A stretch of DNA of 64,000 bases, from assembly GCF_006345805.1 (NCBI RefSeq), contig NC_043000.1, forward strand, positions 104,284,001 through 104,348,000. Reading direction: 5' to 3'. The position numbers and the translations under genes are program-made. Below are positions 51,591 to 62,510 of this stretch, piece by piece. Under the pieces are notes generated by a model. It was not told the origin of the DNA, ran no database searches, and saw only the letters and a program-made list of their open reading frames with translations. This stretch comes from Octopus sinensis (Eukaryota). Position 1 is the stretch's first letter; each line of letters begins with the position of its first letter.

Positions 51591-52675
51591 TAAAATTAGT
51601 AGGGGTGCTGCTTCAGAAAATTTTAAGCCACTGTTTTGATATTGTGTAAAAAGAAACAAACATATAAAAAGAAAATTTATACATAAACTTGATCTGTCCG
51701 CATTTTAGCCACTGCTGAGTAGTGTATTTAATTTGTTCACTGAACACCACTACAAATTCCCACTTGTTTTTCAAAAATCCCCTCTAAATCACAAAATAAA
51801 GTGGGGAAATGTGCCCTATTTTTTAAATCCTGGCAGCAACACTGAAGCAGGAAGTAGGATAATAATCTAATCCTACACATTATTATATTCAAGAATATGA
51901 ACACATTTTTAAGCATAACACACATGGGGTCAGTACTGTTGTTCATGCAGTGCTCTCTCTCCCTAGCATGAAGCTTCTTATCTCAGACATGTGAACATGT
52001 GCACAACAGCCAAACACCATGTCACTGGAATTGTGAAATGCACAGTTCTATACAAGGATTTTTGTATTTTTTTCATAAACTAGGGGATGGCTACTAACAT
52101 TAAGCTTAAGGGTTATATAATGTACAAGTATAAAGAAAGAATTAAAGAAAAAAGGACTCATTATATTGAATGTTATCGAAAATATTGAATGGAAATAGGG
52201 GGTGCTGCAGTTGCACAGTGCCAATACATGAGCCGCCACTATCTCTGGCTTAACAGTTTTAGTCAAACCGCCTAAGCCATGCCAGCATGGAAAACAAATG
52301 TTAAATGATGATGATCACACACACACACATGCAAAAAATAAGACAACACTTTCAGAAAAGTGTGACAACAATTCAATGTTAATATCTCTTACACAATATA
52401 AATTACAGTGAGTGACTAATGACACTTAGCAAGCTAAAGAAGAAAGAACAGCTGAGAAATATCAGGATAGATAACTATTTTGATATTATGTGTCCCATTC
52501 AAGTGTGAGCATGCACACACATAAAGATACTGTGCTGACAAATGGAAAGTTTTGATATAAAATTATTAATGCTATTAATTTGACAACCCCCCTTTCTCCA
52601 AACATGTCCGACATAATTCGGATTTTTTAAGAATTCAGAGTTTTATGAATAAAAATTGTTTCTGTAGACTTTTAA

Positions 52676-52906
52676 CCTTTTGCCTGTCCTGTATATCACA
52701 TGTGATACACAGGAAATACTTTCCTGGTGTCTCTGCATCATATATGATACATATTCACAATTTATTGATCATCAGAGTAACTGAGGACTTATGAAAGGAG
52801 ATCTTTATATTACCTACAACATATGAAATAAAGGTTAACTAAAAGTCCGAAAACAAGCATGGACATTTAAGACAAACTTATGAAAATGCTTTGAACAGGC
52901 AAAGGG
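52676..52906. mobile_element. piggyBac-like MITE
   Basis: TTAA on both sides; TIR ccttttgcctgt / acaggcaaaggg. Confidence 0.75.
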
Positions 52907-54069
52907 TTAACAGGGGGAAATTGGGAATTTGAGATGTCCATGGATTTGCCAAGTGTGTTGGTTATTTAAGAGATACAAATTGGTTTTAACTTGGAAGGAA
53001 GAACAATGTTATTGGAAATTTACACAGATGTACAGATTTCTAATTTAGAAATAATTAATATTGATTTTTAACATAGACACAAGGCCCTAAATTTTAAAGG
53101 GAGGGTATAGGTAATTTAGTTTATTCAAATACTTGATTGTTACTTATTTTACTAACTCTAAAAGGATGAAACAAAGTTGATCTCAGCAGAAAAATAAAAG
53201 GACATTTTTTAAATATATATTTTAATCAGAAGAAACGGCAGCGTCCATGACCCTTTGCAGGGCCTCCAAAACTGATGGGAATGGAGAAGAAGGTATTCTC
53301 AAATTTAAGACCTGGCACAAATGCTGACTACAGAATAGATTTTGCTAAAGCCATCTACTGTAGTTCTAGAAAATGGTGTTAAACTGGGTGATAGAATAAG
53401 TCTACATGAAAAAATAACTAGAAATTAACTAATGTTAGCAATGCCTTTGACTGGAATGGTAAGATTGATGCAGATAATGCACAAGTCAACCATCTGAGAG
53501 TTGATATCTGCTGGAAAAAAAAAAAGGGGGCTTGAAAGGGAGCTATGATAATTGCATTATTCTGAATGCTTGCTACAGAATGAAGTCTGCTAAATGCATG
53601 CAATGATTGCATTATGGTGTTAAACTAGATGATGTTTAAACAAATGTCATTCAAAGTTAAGCCTAACCAAATTTAGTGATGCACAATTTAACAAGAGAAC
53701 TTCTATTTATTTGTTTACCATGTATGAAGTGGCACCCACAAAAATTTCTTATCAACAAGCTCCTTACTGTCTTTAAAATAGGAGATTACATTTGAAACTC
53801 TAAATGCTATAACATATAAGCTCTTAATAAACTTAATAAACATAGGATAATTAGAAAACATCATATGAATGTATTTGTTTTCTTTTTGAATAGCTACCTT
53901 CAAACATTTGAAATCCAGAAGAGGTAATAAGGGCTACCCAACAACAAAGGCAACAAAAAATGAGGGGCAGCTCTACTGTCTAGAAATAACACTCAAATTT
54001 CTTTCAATTCACACCATATTGCCTTCAAAAACAGGATGTACTGGAGAATGCAGTCCTAGATATATAAGA

Positions 54070-54371
54070 CTAGCACTATGACCCGGCGCTGTCGGGTCTA
54101 GTGCTAGTCAAGCATATTTGGTCTTTCATGAAAATCCCTCTCTCTCGTCATTCACTTGGCCTAACTCGTTAATTATTCCCTGTATTTCTCAAATCAAAAA
54201 AGCATGCACGTTTGAAAGCCAAAACACATGATAACAACACTTCTTCGCAAAACACAAAAATGCGCAGTCATACAGACTGTCTGCAAATGCACAAGTACAT
54301 CCAGCTGTCAGGTGTAAAATTATCTCCGTCCAATCAAAATACAGACATTTTGCCATTTATAGATATAGAGA
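54070..54371 (-). mobile_element. Short non-autonomous Helitron-like element
   Basis: a|CTAG terminus with gacccg/cgggtc hairpin; ends atttatagatatagaga|t. Confidence 0.7.
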
Positions 54372-54374
54372 TAT

Positions 54375-55827
54375 TTTTTAACGTCATTTTCAACAAAGGC
54401 CACTTAGATGCTGTAGATTCAAAGTATATAAGGATTTATGGGAAAGAATTTTTCTGAGGAGTGGGGAAAAGAGTTTCGGACAATTCACACAATCCAACTT
54501 TTCTCCCGCATAACCTTCAGGAAAATGGTTATATTTAAATGAAATTTTATACAAATACCTTTCAAACGGCATAGATTACGATTATAAAGAAATGTGTGGA
54601 GAAAATTTTTTCCGAAGGTGTGAGGAGAGGAGTTTCGGATTAGGATGACCAATTAAGTTGGAACTACACTGTTTTTTATTTCCTCACAGCCTTCGAAATG
54701 GTCGGGGGGAAGCATCTTTTTATGAAAAAAAGTTTTGAAAATTTTTTCACCTCCATTCTTCACCAGTCCATTCCAGACCGACTTTGGCCATTTTTTAAAA
54801 ATTAAAAACCTTCTAGCACATCCCAAACTACCCTCCGTTTTCACCTCTCAAATGTATTGATGTTTTTCAAATATTTTTCTCCTATTAAACATATTTTATG
54901 GAATGATGATGCCCAAGTTAACAAATGCATGGTCCATTGGTGGGATATAAGCAACAACAACAACAACAACAAAAAATTGTAATTTAAATTTTTACCCCCA
55001 CCTCAATCAAGCGAAGCTGTGTGTATGCGTAAGAAAAAAAAAGGATCTTCTGACCATCAAATTGAAAAGATCCGAAAGAACATTTCCTAACAGAAGAGTG
55101 TGCTATTAATATGAATTATCGTTTACATACCTCTTTTTTAAAAATCACTATGGATAAATACCAGTAATAACCTTCTCAGTCTCTACAATATTTTAAATTA
55201 TAAGCAGAAACAATGACAGGCAAGAAGTGGGGGTTGCAAAAAATTCTTTTTTTTTTATAGCATTTAAAGCGAGGTGGGGGGTTGTCTGAGATGTGTTAGA
55301 AACAACAGCCAAATCTCCTTTAAATAGCTTTTCCTCTGAAAATATTAATTTTTTTAATGTTTTTTTTTATCGAAAAGACTCCTCCCATGGCTTTTAAGTG
55401 CAAAATAGCTGGCCAAAATCAATCCGGAGTGGGATGATGAGGATGAGGGTGGGGGAATTGTAAAAAAAAAAAAAAAAATTCAAAACTTTTTTTTTCATAA
55501 AAAGATATTCCCCCACCCATCATTTCGAATGGTGTGGTTAAATAAAAAATGGGGGAAAAAGTTCCAACCTATTTGGTCTTCCTGATCCGAAACTCATCTC
55601 CTCATCCCCTCGGAAAAAAATTCCTCACAAATTTCTTTATAATTGTAATCTATGCCGTTTGAAAGGTATTTGTATAAAATTTCATTAAAAGATAACCGTT
55701 TTCCTGAAAGTTATGAGCCAGAGCGTGTGAATTTTCTTCTCACCCTTTCGGAAAAATTATTTCCAATAAATAGCTATATACTCTGAATCTACAGCATCTA
55801 AGTAGTATTTGTTTTAAATGTTAAAAA
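54375..55827. mobile_element. Foldback element with about 430-bp diverged arms
   Basis: 54375-54810 mirrors 55390-55827 (e.g. ttttatacaaatacctttcaaacggcatagattac / gtaatctatgccgtttgaaaggtatttgtataaaa). Confidence 0.75.
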
Positions 55828-57254
55828 GTATCCGTTTTCCTGGACGTTATGAGGCAAAATAGTTGTGGGGGAGAGACTACACATCTAGTTATGCCAAGAT
55901 TTTTTGTAAATACGTTGGTCAAGCACTGACCAATAATTTCTTTTATTTATTTGGCGATGTTTCGCTTGTCGTAACACACGTTTCCGTCGATTGTCGATTT
56001 CCGTAAAAAATGTAAACACTGAATCGTCCATACATACATACACACATACATAGATACATACACACACACATACATACACACACACACACATAGATACATA
56101 CACATACACATACATGCAGACATACATATACACATACACCGAGTAAAAAATTTCAGTTATCTCTCTCTTTCACACATTACTCTCTCTGTCTCTTCGCACA
56201 CACTAACAGAAGCACTTCACTTACACAACATACTGTCTGTCTCCCACACCCCATCAAACACACACACGGGGACTTCAAAGAGAAATTTCCTCGTCATAAA
56301 ATCGCTTCCTCTTAGTCTCTTTCGCTCTCATTACTTATGTAAAAAAATAAAAGTTTTTTTCGCCGCAAGGAAAATATCTTCCTCTTACACTAAAAAAACT
56401 GACACTAATGTTTGAAAAAGTGAAACTGGTACGTTAAACTCCAATAACGTCTAGTCCTAAAAACACAGGCGCGAAAAAATAACATTAAAAAGAAACATTA
56501 TGGGTTCAGAAGAATGTTCTCGATTAGAAGTCTTTTCGACCAGAGCTGATCCGGGTTACAAAACAAAACACGTCTTTTAAGTTTAACGAAATTGTTTTCC
56601 TAACAAGAGTTCTCTCCCTTCTATAATATAAGTTCTCGAAATTCTGAGCGGTTCCGGCTGAACGACAATATTAAATTTCTAAAAATGTATTTCTCTTACT
56701 ATTTCTTAAATATGTGTATAAACATTCTTCTTTAGTTCCACTAAATTAAATTGACATTTCGCTCATGACCTATGTCACCGGCGATCGAATGTTAAAACAT
56801 AAGTTTATCAATTTCTGTAAAGTACGTTAACAAAATCATAAATACTTATATATATATATGTAGTTTTAATTTATTCTTAGCAGTGTCAAGCGGTTATTCT
56901 TTATACATTTTCCTCTTGTAATTAAAGGCTAATATTTTGTTAGAACTTATAAACAACAGGAAGTTAGCCCCTTTTAACTTCCTCTTCTCTCCCCTTCATC
57001 CCACTTAATGGTCTCAAAAAATGGGTTGGTGGTGATTAATTTCTGTAAATGATTATGAAAGTGTTCTTTAATAACAGTAAAATATTGTTGCATAAGACAA
57101 AACTATTGGAAATAAAAATTTATAATTGAAAAAATATTAATATTTTAGCAAACAATTGATGGCAATTAATAATAAACAAAAAGCTGATAGCTAACGCCAG
57201 TGAATAATACATTTTAGTATAAGGCTAAATATATGTCAATTTCACTGTATCGGT

Positions 57255-57395
57255 AGCTTTGCGCAGAGGCGGTACCATGGCCAATGAGGTAAATCCGAGG
57301 CGTGGTTATTGCTAGTTGAAAACTATTCCCAATACCCCGCGTATGGCATCCCACGAGGGTGCTGTGCGCAATTTTTGCGCACCTCTACGGAGGTG
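57255..57395 (+). ncRNA. U4: U4 spliceosomal snRNA, variant A (141 nt)
   Basis: AGCTTTGCGCAGAGGCG...CCAATGAGG...CCGAGGCG...TTATTGCTAGTTGAAAACT..TCCCAATACCCCGC matches the U4 5' domain; 13-bp stem-loop; Sm site AATTTTTG (57370-57377); terminal CACCTC-TACG-GAGGTG. Confidence 0.96.
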
Positions 57396-57400
57396 TAGAA

Positions 57401-57417
57401 ATCAATGTAATAATAGA
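57401..57417 (+). promoter_or_regulatory. Candidate snRNA 3' box
   Basis: ATCAATgtAAtAATAGA, 5 nt after U4-A; 14/17 identical to the motif 4 nt after U4-B. Confidence 0.6.
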
Positions 57418-58938
57418 TTGTAATTTTATTTGTAAGTTGCAGAGATGATAACCCAGGTAAACCTATAACTAAGTTGTTCGTTGCTTTTGAATTTGTTTAC
57501 TAGTGTCCCTGCTAATTTACGCATGGTAGATTATGCAGTATTCGCTGTTATATCTAGCACATCGATTAACCACACTGAGGGCCTCTCGATTGTTAAAAAT
57601 GGAATATCATTATTTATTACAATCCAGTGGATCAGTACAATACAGATAAATACATTTCATTAACTGGTAACACACTCCCGTATTTTTATTTCGACTTGCA
57701 GATTATTGCAATACTGATTAATTCGCCTATCCGCAGGAGAAATGCTTTTTAACCTTCATCGGGATTTGAATACGGCGTAAGGTATAGTGTTCGAAGCTTT
57801 ATCAATTCCATCATTCACTGCTGGCTCTCTGGACAATAAGACCAGTCATCTAATTTTGGGTATACTTTACTTTAGCGACTGAAAAACAATTGTCACCCAC
57901 AATTATGACCCTACTATCGATCTATTGCATTTCAATGTTTTAGTGTTAGGGGTGGGGGTAAGGGTATCTTTTTTTCTTCACAAATGTAAATAAACCCAAC
58001 CTGTTTCTTAAACGAAGGACATATTCATAGGGCACAGAATTTTTTTACCTCAATAGACGTCATTGATTGGTTGAAATTGAAGAAAAAACAACAACAAATA
58101 TCTTACAAACCATTGAATCTTCTCAATAAAGCCAAGAGAAAAAGATGTTTTATAAACACATTCAACCAGTATACGAAGTTTAAAAGTGTTTAGTTACGTG
58201 GAAATTATTTTAAAAAACTGCCGTTCAAACTGAAAAGATCCGACATGTCTTTTACCAAATGCTCGTCATTTATTAAGTGTTTCAACCATGATTAGGGATT
58301 CAAATGTAACCATCTAGTCTTTTGTAAGAGTCAACAGTGACCTTTCCATCTTTTTTTTTTTTTTTAAGCCAAATAGGACTAACCTTAACGACGAAAATAT
58401 ATGTATTGAAGATAAATGAAGCTGTTATTTCTAGCATGTTGAACAGCAAGAGTACATAAACATTAACACACATAAGTTTACCACTTGTAATTGTTTTTAG
58501 CTCCAGGTCGGTTCTGATCCAGCAACCTCATGATCCAAATACACGACTACATTATCCAATGCACCTTTTAAATAACAGGGTGTGACATGCGGGAGAATTT
58601 GACTATGTTCTGAATTATTACAATTGGAACGTAAAAACCAGAAATGTAAAAAGGTGGGACTCGCTTTACTAAATAATTCATTACTATTAGAGAACATATT
58701 CATGTGAAGAAAATGTTTCGGAAAATGAAAATATTATTTAATACTATTAATGATAAGTCAATTTTTAAAACAGTTAAATAATGAAATAGGTTGCCTTTCG
58801 TTCAGGGACGTAGAAGTAACGGAAAACGAAAAGAAAGTGTGACGCCGAGATTGTATAAAATTAAACATGGGTATCCCAAAGCGAAACGAATTTGTAAATA
58901 CTTGAAAGTAGTTTTATTAAGCATCAGTTTAATACATC

Positions 58939-58982
<44 letters not shown>

Positions 58983-58983
58983 A

Positions 58984-59077
<94 letters not shown>

Positions 59078-59222
59078 CATACATATATACATACACACAC
59101 AGAGATTTATATGGTCGCCATCCTTAAACCCATTCCAATACAATGGTAAAGGACTAAATAAATAAATAAATGAATGAATGCTGAATAGGAAGGGGGTTAC
59201 CCCTTCTCTGTCAGTCTGTCTG

Positions 59223-59313
<91 letters not shown>

Positions 59314-59599
59314 CCATTGTCATGGAACCTCACCCCAAAAAACAAAAACAATGTTCTCTTCTAAACAACCCGCCACGAAAACAAAAAAAGTTTTATATAA
59401 ATGAACAAGCTGTTAGTACATTCACAAATTTTTATTTGATAAGCTCGAGAAAGGAACGAAAGCGTTAATAATAACGAACTTTTTTCTCAATATTCAATTT
59501 CTGTAAGTCACACCTAACACACTCTATCTCTATATATATACATACATATATATACGTATAGATGTATGTACATATACGTATGTATATATAATTTATATA

Positions 59600-59790
59600 T
59601 ACTTTTACTTGTTTCAGTCATTTGACTGCGGCCATGCTGGAGCACCGTCTTTAGTCGAGCAAATCGCCCACAGGACGTATGCTTTGTAAGCCTAGTACTT
59701 TTTCTATCGGTCTTTTTTGCCGAACCGCTAAGTTACGGGGACGCAAACACACCAGCATCAGTTGTCAAGCGATGCTGGAGAGACAAACAC
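59600..59790 (-). mobile_element. SINE-derived repeat
   Basis: ttttacttgtttcagtcatttgactgcggccatgctggagcaccg...gccgaaccgctaagttacgggg; reverse of 62940-63120. Confidence 0.8.
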
Positions 59791-60272
59791 ACATTTATGT
59801 TGTTTGTAGCTGTTTTGTTAAGAAGCCTGCATCTCAAACGTGGTCTCAGATTTAACCCCACTGCGCGGCATATTGTGCAAGCGTCTTTTGATTTATATAT
59901 TAGTGTGAGTATGTGTCTATCTGAATGTGTAGCTGCCGTTTGACTGCCGGTGCTAGTTTGTTTACGCCCCGGTCCCGCGAAAGAGATCGGACTTGCCCGA
60001 TCCTATCAAACCGTCCATCCCAGCCCTGCAAACACACACACACAAGGTAGGGAGGGAGAGTGTCTCCCTTGTCAGCCGTTAGAAAAGTGCTCTTACGTGG
60101 TTATGAGTTGTTTGATGATATCAAGGCCATTAGACTGACGCATATTTCTTCTGTTTATGTCTGCACAAAGCTATCGGCAGCTCATTCAGAATTTAATACC
60201 CAGTCCTCGTCAAAACTCACACACAAGCACGTATAAGCGCCCACACACGATCACCAAAAGGCTATATTAATG

Positions 60273-60289
60273 TCTATTCTTTAATTGAT
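60273..60289 (-). promoter_or_regulatory. Candidate snRNA 3' box
   Basis: Minus strand ATCAATtaAAgAATAGA, 4 nt after U4-B. Confidence 0.6.
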
Positions 60290-60293
60290 ATTG

Positions 60294-60433
60294 CACCTCC
60301 TCAGAGGTGAGTAAAAATTGCGTTTGCTATCTATTATGGATAGCAACGCGGGGTATTGGGAATAGTTTTCAACTAGCAATAACCACGCCTCGGATTTACC
60401 TCATTGGCCATGGTACCGCCTCTGCGCAAAGCT
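60294..60433 (-). ncRNA. U4: U4 spliceosomal snRNA, variant B (140 nt)
   Basis: nt 1-88 identical to variant A; then the GCGTTGCTATC-loop-GATAGCAAACGC stem, Sm-like AATTTTTAC and terminal CACCTC-TGAG-GAGGTG. Confidence 0.92.
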
Positions 60434-60851
60434 ACCGAAACTGACGCCATTTTTCAACTTAACAGAAAATCAACCCTATACAATCACTGATATTGCTTTT
60501 CACTTTATTGTTATTCATTAATTCCCGTGAATAGTAGCAATAGATTTCTTTAGTGGCTGTGCATCGGTTGTATATACTTAATTGTTTAACTAATACAAGA
60601 ATGCCAAATATGTAGCTTTTATATCATATTTCTGTTTTCATATGTTTGGTATATGACTTCATACAGAAGTGACCTTTGTTTGATGATATCAAGGCCATTA
60701 GACTGACGTTTATTTTTGTTTGTGCCTGCACAAAGCTATCGGCAGCTCATCCAGAATTTGTGCCCCGGTCCTCGACAAAACTCATACACTGACAAACAGA
60801 CATACACACGCATGCATGCATGTACGTACACACGCACACACACACACACAC

Positions 60852-62510
60852 TATTTCTTTATTACCCACTAGGGGCGACACAGAGAAATACATCACAACA
60901 CATTGAGGACATAGAACAATCTAAAATTATGAGAAATTAATTTTAAAATGAAAATGATAAAATGAAAGCGGTGCTGAACGGCCCCATCCGCCAGCACCAC
61001 TTACCTGTCCTTCATCACCCATTTCCAATCACAATTCCTTCCTTTCCCATCACACTCTTCGTTTTCCTTTCATACTTCTCTATCTCTTCATCCTGCATTG
61101 TCACTTTCATCACTTTTATACCCTTTTCCTCACACAACATCACCATTGTGTCCATAATTTCATCTTTCAACACCGCGCAACTCCCGTCTTCACGTTCATG
61201 CCATAAATCTTTATGTATTATTCTCTTTGAGTTCTGGGTGTCCTTCTTCCTCACAACACATAAAAAATAGTGCCTGGGACTTCGTTCGTTCTGTGTGTCT
61301 GCATTTGTTTTTGTTTTTCTTGTAGGCGGGGAGTGGGTGGAATCACTGTTTGCAGAGGAAGGATGGGACTCAGAGGGTGCGGGTGGTGTTGGGGTGGGTT
61401 GGGGTTTCATACTGTTTGCTTTTTTCTTTCTTTTTCTTTTTTTTCTCCCTTCTTCCCACTCTTGCTGGTTCTCCTCTTCTTCAGTTGCTTCCCTTTCTGT
61501 TTGGTTCTCCCTTTCCTTAGTGTCTTCCTTTTTTGGGGGTTCCGTTTCCTTTTCCTTTGGTGGGGGTGGGCAGTTGGCTCTTATGTGGCCTCTCTGGCCA
61601 CACTTATAACATCGTGGGGCTCTGCTCTCCACCCACACTCTCATAATAATGTTCCCTGTTCTTATATTTTCTGTCAACCTTTCTATTGTTTCCGCTTCTG
61701 TCTGTACATTCATGTCCAAGGTGGCACCTCTCACGCCTTCGTATTTCATAGTGGCGTGGAGGATGTCCACCTTTTCCTCGTTTCCCTTAATCACCGCTGC
61801 CGTTATGTATTCACCCTCTAGGTGTGGGGGTATTCCCTCCACCCTAATTCTTGTGGTTCTTCTATTTAGATACGAGGGCAGTAAGTATATCTTCTCCGTT
61901 TTTACCACCTTGGTTGCTATTTTTCTGGCGACGTTCTCACTTCTATATTGAACCGTTACAGTTCCATACTCCATTCCTCTTGTCAGGTAAACAATTTCCT
62001 CTCCAGTCTGTTTCAATGCCTCTTCAATAGCTTCCATATTTACTATTTCAATCCTTCTTCCTCCATTCACGTACACTCTATATTTGATGGTTCTACGGTT
62101 GAACCACTCGCCACGCTTTGCTGGAGGTGACAGCTCGACTTCGCCGTTCTCCTCCTCTTTCATAAAATCCTGGAAGCCTGGTAATTTAGCCAGGTCCACC
62201 TCTTTTTCTTTCGGCCTCATCACTCCTGCATACGTCTTTTCCAGCCTTCTATCCATTTCTTCCACTGCTCTTTCCAACTCCTCCTCCTCAGATGACGATA
62301 ATTCCGACAAACTTTCAAATAAATTCTTCCCGAGGGAGAGGCGGTTCATAATCCTTTGTCTGTCTCACCTCAGACAGACAACGGCCGCCAGAACAGACGC
62401 CGTGTGACGCGAAACCGTATCAACAATTATTCAAATAACAAATATGGCAACTTACGATAGAAATACTCCAGCTCCTCAAAACACGTGCGACCTGAACAAA
62501 ACTTGAGCTA
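60852..62510 (-). mobile_element. ORF1-only (HAL1-like) non-LTR retroposon in a (CA)n tract
   Basis: About 160-nt 5' UTR, intact ORF1, about 163-nt 3' UTR ending gtaataaagaaatag-(tg)n; flanks acacgca(c/t)acacacac are TSD-like; no ORF2. Confidence 0.75.
61015..62349 (-). CDS. Tx1/L1-type ORF1 (gag-like) protein, 444 aa, single CCHC zinc knuckle
   Basis: RRM-like TTRIRVEGIPPHL region; RCYKCGQRGHIRANC (C-X2-C-X4-H-X4-C); low-complexity K/E/P-rich C-terminal half; no stops. Confidence 0.85.
   Translation of the reverse strand: MNRLSLGKNLFESLSELSSSEEEELERAVEEMDRRLEKTYAGVMRPKEKEVDLAKLPGFQDFMKEEENGEVELSPPAKRGEWFNRRTIKYRVYVNGGRRIEIVNMEAIEEALKQTGEEIVYLTRGMEYGTVTVQYRSENVARKIATKVVKTEKIYLLPSYLNRRTTRIRVEGIPPHLEGEYITAAVIKGNEEKVDILHATMKYEGVRGATLDMNVQTEAETIERLTENIRTGNIIMRVWVESRAPRCYKCGQRGHIRANCPPPPKEKETEPPKKEDTKERENQTEREATEEEENQQEWEEGRKKRKRKKKANSMKPQPTPTPPAPSESHPSSANSDSTHSPPTRKTKTNADTQNERSPRHYFLCVVRKKDTQNSKRIIHKDLWHEREDGSCAVLKDEIMDTMVMLCEEKGIKVMKVTMQDEEIEKYERKTKSVMGKEGIVIGNG

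Noticed and set aside
57250-60438. 93-bp perfect inverted repeat as transposon TIRs
   Set aside because: The repeat is the U4 5' domain, each copy continues into a complete U4 fold, and there is no TSD or transposase.
61270-62407. Plus-strand ORFs (183, 104, 100, 107 aa)
   Set aside because: Antisense shadows of the purine-rich ORF1.
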